Source: a virus (Duplodnaviria; Caudoviricetes). Taken from it: a DNA stretch of 54,865 bases. The first letter of the stretch is position 1. The number at the start of each line of letters is the position of its first letter. The stretch lies in the IMG/VR virus record IMGVR_UViG_3300046413_000898, positions 1-54,865 of that record; one strand, 5' to 3'. The notes under the pieces were generated by a model. The model ran no database searches and was not told the DNA's origin. It saw nothing but the letters and a program-made list of their open reading frames with translations. The position numbers were made by a program, and so were the translations under genes. This document shows, in pieces, positions 52,502 to 54,865 of the stretch.

Positions 52502-54008
52502 TGGTGGTCTCCTTCTCAGTGTGGGCCAGGATCTTGGAGACCCCGGCGGCGATCACGTTCAGGGAGTGCTCCACGCGCTCCTGGTGGTCTTCGACCGCGA
52601 CCCGGTGCTCCTCCTGACGGACCCGCTCGTGGCGTGCCCAGCCCTCGTTGTCGAGCGCGGTCATGTCCCCCGTGGCATCGCCCTTGGGGGGAATGATGAT
52701 CTTGGAAAGGTCGATGCTGGCGATGGTTGCCTCCTTGGTCGTGGTCTGCTTGGTAGCAACATGCTTGCCCTTCGCCGCGGGCTTTGCCTTGGTCGTCGGG
52801 CTCGGCCACATGGTGCCGTTCAAGGTGCGGTTCAGGTCGAGGTCCCCGGCGTAACCCTTGAACCTGCCGCGCCGACTGTACTGCCACGCGGCGATGTTCC
52901 ACCCAGCCACGCTCGGCGCACCGGCGAAGCTGGTGGCGTAGGCGGAGAACGGCTTATCAGACCCGTAGGCCGCGATCCACACCGGGACCTTCTTGTCCAC
53001 GGGGCGCCACCCGGATGCCGTGAGGAAGTCGCGGCGAGTGTAGAGCACGAGGTGCACACCGGGCGCCTTAGCGCGCAGGCGGGCCAGGAAGTCGGACGCC
53101 CACCGGGCGTAGGCCCCGGCCTTGTCCTCCTCCCAGTCGAGGACGAGGCCAGAGAACCCCTTCTGCGACAGGTAGGGGCGGGCTACCTTGAGGAAGTAGT
53201 CCACCTCAGCGTCGGAGCTGTTGGAGAGAGGGCGGGCGAAGTGGTACAGCATCCACGGGATGCCCTTAGCCTGCGCGGCCTTGACATGCCCTGCGGTTTT
53301 CTTGCCCGACCACCCCACGCCCTCGGTGGCCTTGATGATCGCCGCGTAGGTTGGCACGTCCCGGATCACGGTCGTCGGCTGGTAGTCGGAGACGTCGATC
53401 CAGTTCTTCGGCCAGCTCGTGGCCGTGGTCGCCGCGGCGGTTCCGGCCTTGGACGCCGACCCCGTGCCCTTAGTCGCCGTCCCGGTCCATGACGTGTACG
53501 TGTTCGGGGCGTAGGGGATCGTCAGCCACGGGGCAGGGTCGATCGAACCGTACGTTCCGTTGGACCAGTTCGGCCGCCCAGGGACAAGCCCAAGGTGCAG
53601 GTGCGGTCCGGTGGACGTACCCGTGTTGCCCGTCTTGCCGATGATGTCACCACGCTTGACGCGCTTGCCCACAGGGGCCTCGTCATTGGACGACAGGTGC
53701 GCGAAGATCCAGTGGGACCCGGCGTCGTTGCGGAGCACGGTCATGATGCCGCCGCCGCCCCGCCTGTTATTCACAGCGGGCTTGAGCTGGAACCACCTGG
53801 GGACCCAATCGTCCGGGCCACCAGGCAAATTCCACGCCCAGTCGGCGTGGACGATGACGCCGTCATCGGGCGCGACAACCGGGGTGCCGGTTGGGGCCGC
53901 GAAGTCGATCGCGCCGTGGGCGGCTCCACCCGAGAACCGGGTGCTGTACTTGCCGTTGAAGGGTTGGGTGACCCGGTACATTGCGGGCACCGGTCGCATT
54001 GAGGTCAC
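52494..54008 (-). CDS. endolysin, M23 peptidase plus GH25 muramidase
   Basis: HGAIDF, FAHLS, GNTGTSTGPHLH; IDVSDYQ, IKATEG, YHFA, LVLDWEE and WQYS. Confidence 0.9.
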   Translation of the reverse strand: MTSMRPVPAMYRVTQPFNGKYSTRFSGGAAHGAIDFAAPTGTPVVAPDDGVIVHADWAWNLPGGPDDWVPRWFQLKPAVNNRRGGGGIMTVLRNDAGSHWIFAHLSSNDEAPVGKRVKRGDIIGKTGNTGTSTGPHLHLGLVPGRPNWSNGTYGSIDPAPWLTIPYAPNTYTSWTGTATKGTGSASKAGTAAATTATSWPKNWIDVSDYQPTTVIRDVPTYAAIIKATEGVGWSGKKTAGHVKAAQAKGIPWMLYHFARPLSNSSDAEVDYFLKVARPYLSQKGFSGLVLDWEEDKAGAYARWASDFLARLRAKAPGVHLVLYTRRDFLTASGWRPVDKKVPVWIAAYGSDKPFSAYATSFAGAPSVAGWNIAAWQYSRRGRFKGYAGDLDLNRTLNGTMWPSPTTKAKPAAKGKHVATKQTTTKEATIASIDLSKIIIPPKGDATGDMTALDNEGWARHERVRQEEHRVAVEDHQERVEHSLNVIAAGVSKILAHTEKETTNG

Positions 54009-54021
54009 GATGTGCCTCCTC

Positions 54022-54459
54022 TCATTCAGACGACCCCGTGTCAGGCGGGGGCTTGGTGGTGGGTAGTGGGTCCGTGGATGGGCGTGAGCGCATGTTCTGC
54101 AGGTGCTGCAGGATCCGCCACGACAGCGACGGGATTGGGGGGCGGGCGCCGTTCTGCACCCACACCACGACTGGGACCATGTCATCGATCAGTTCGTCCC
54201 GGTCGCGCAGGGCTCCCTCTAGGGCCACGAGGCGGCGGGTGTGCTGCGCGGACTCCGCTCGTAGGCTCTTGAGCTCATCCTCCTGGCGGGTGAGTGCGCT
54301 TTCGAGGGTTTTCTGCCACTCCGACTGCACGGAGGTGGAGCGGTCTACGCGCCGCGCCCACCACACCAGAAAGGCAGTGATCACGGCGCCACCTGTGGTG
54401 ATGATCGCCGCCAGCACCGTAGGGTTCAGCGGCATCATGGCGGGATTAATCACGGCCAC
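54022..54459 (-). CDS. membrane-anchored coiled-coil lysis-cassette protein (copy B)
   Basis: Near-identical to 8190-8612. Confidence 0.75.
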   Translation of the reverse strand: MAVINPAMMPLNPTVLAAIITTGGAVITAFLVWWARRVDRSTSVQSEWQKTLESALTRQEDELKSLRAESAQHTRRLVALEGALRDRDELIDDMVPVVVWVQNGARPPIPSLSWRILQHLQNMRSRPSTDPLPTTKPPPDTGSSE

Positions 54460-54865
54460 CCCCTGCCCGGCACCTCGGTGCCTGGTCAAACGCCCCAGCA
54501 TGAGTCGCCAGGGCCAGCAATGTCATCACCGCCCGGGCCCAGTAGTTCGCCGTAGAGCCCCACCCCGAACTCACATGCGGCGGACCACCAGCACCACCAC
54601 CACTACCGGCAGGGAACCCCAACAGCCCAGAGGACTCCCACAGCAGCCACGGCCCCAGGAACAGTGCGCCGATCAGCAGAGGGATGATCACCAGCACCGA
54701 GCCGATCACGATCAGCTGCTGCCGTGCCGCCTCACCACGCACCACAGACAACACCACACCCAACGCCGCCAGAACAGCGGCGACCATCCAGACACCGGCG
54801 ATCACATGCGGAGTCATCCACCCCGCCACCCACGACACACCATCAACCCGCGCCGGCGACGGACG
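54446..54865 (-). CDS. multi-TM membrane protein, truncated by the window end (copy B)
   Basis: Near-identical to 8599-9159. Confidence 0.75.
   Translation of the reverse strand, partial: RPSPARVDGVSWVAGWMTPHVIAGVWMVAAVLAALGVVLSVVRGEAARQQLIVIGSVLVIIPLLIGALFLGPWLLWESSGLLGFPAGSGGGAGGPPHVSSGWGSTANYWARAVMTLLALATHAGAFDQAPRCRAGGGRD

Overview
High-GC (roughly 68-70% by eye) actinobacterial siphophage DNA, almost all on the minus strand. The window holds one complete gene set: an early/replication operon (~51.5-33 kb), HNH cluster, terminase, portal, head, tail with a GGGAAAA chaperone frameshift, tape measure, two carbohydrate-active tail proteins and a lysis cassette (~31-6.6 kb). It also holds a second, related but diverged copy of the early region (1-6.6 kb) and of the lysis region (52-54.9 kb). 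No integrase or CI-type repressor is visible. Having two copies allows an internal comparison. The standout result is a ~280-nt non-coding element (4788-5065 and 51095-51371) with a long closing stem and several internal helices preserved by compensatory changes. In both copies it sits between a small Xis/AlpA-like HTH gene and a terminator-like hairpin that precedes the whole early operon, so it is a candidate structured regulatory RNA (antitermination or immunity). Other points: 10-bp phased repeats over the divergent promoters, a Rep-like gene with four palindromic iterons in the slot where an integration/immunity cassette usually sits, a D-arm-less tRNA-like element in a structured intergenic cluster, a P-loop/scaffold fusion, and several swapped modules (lysin, methyltransferase, glycosyltransferase). 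All functional calls come from motif recognition and synteny; no database search was run.
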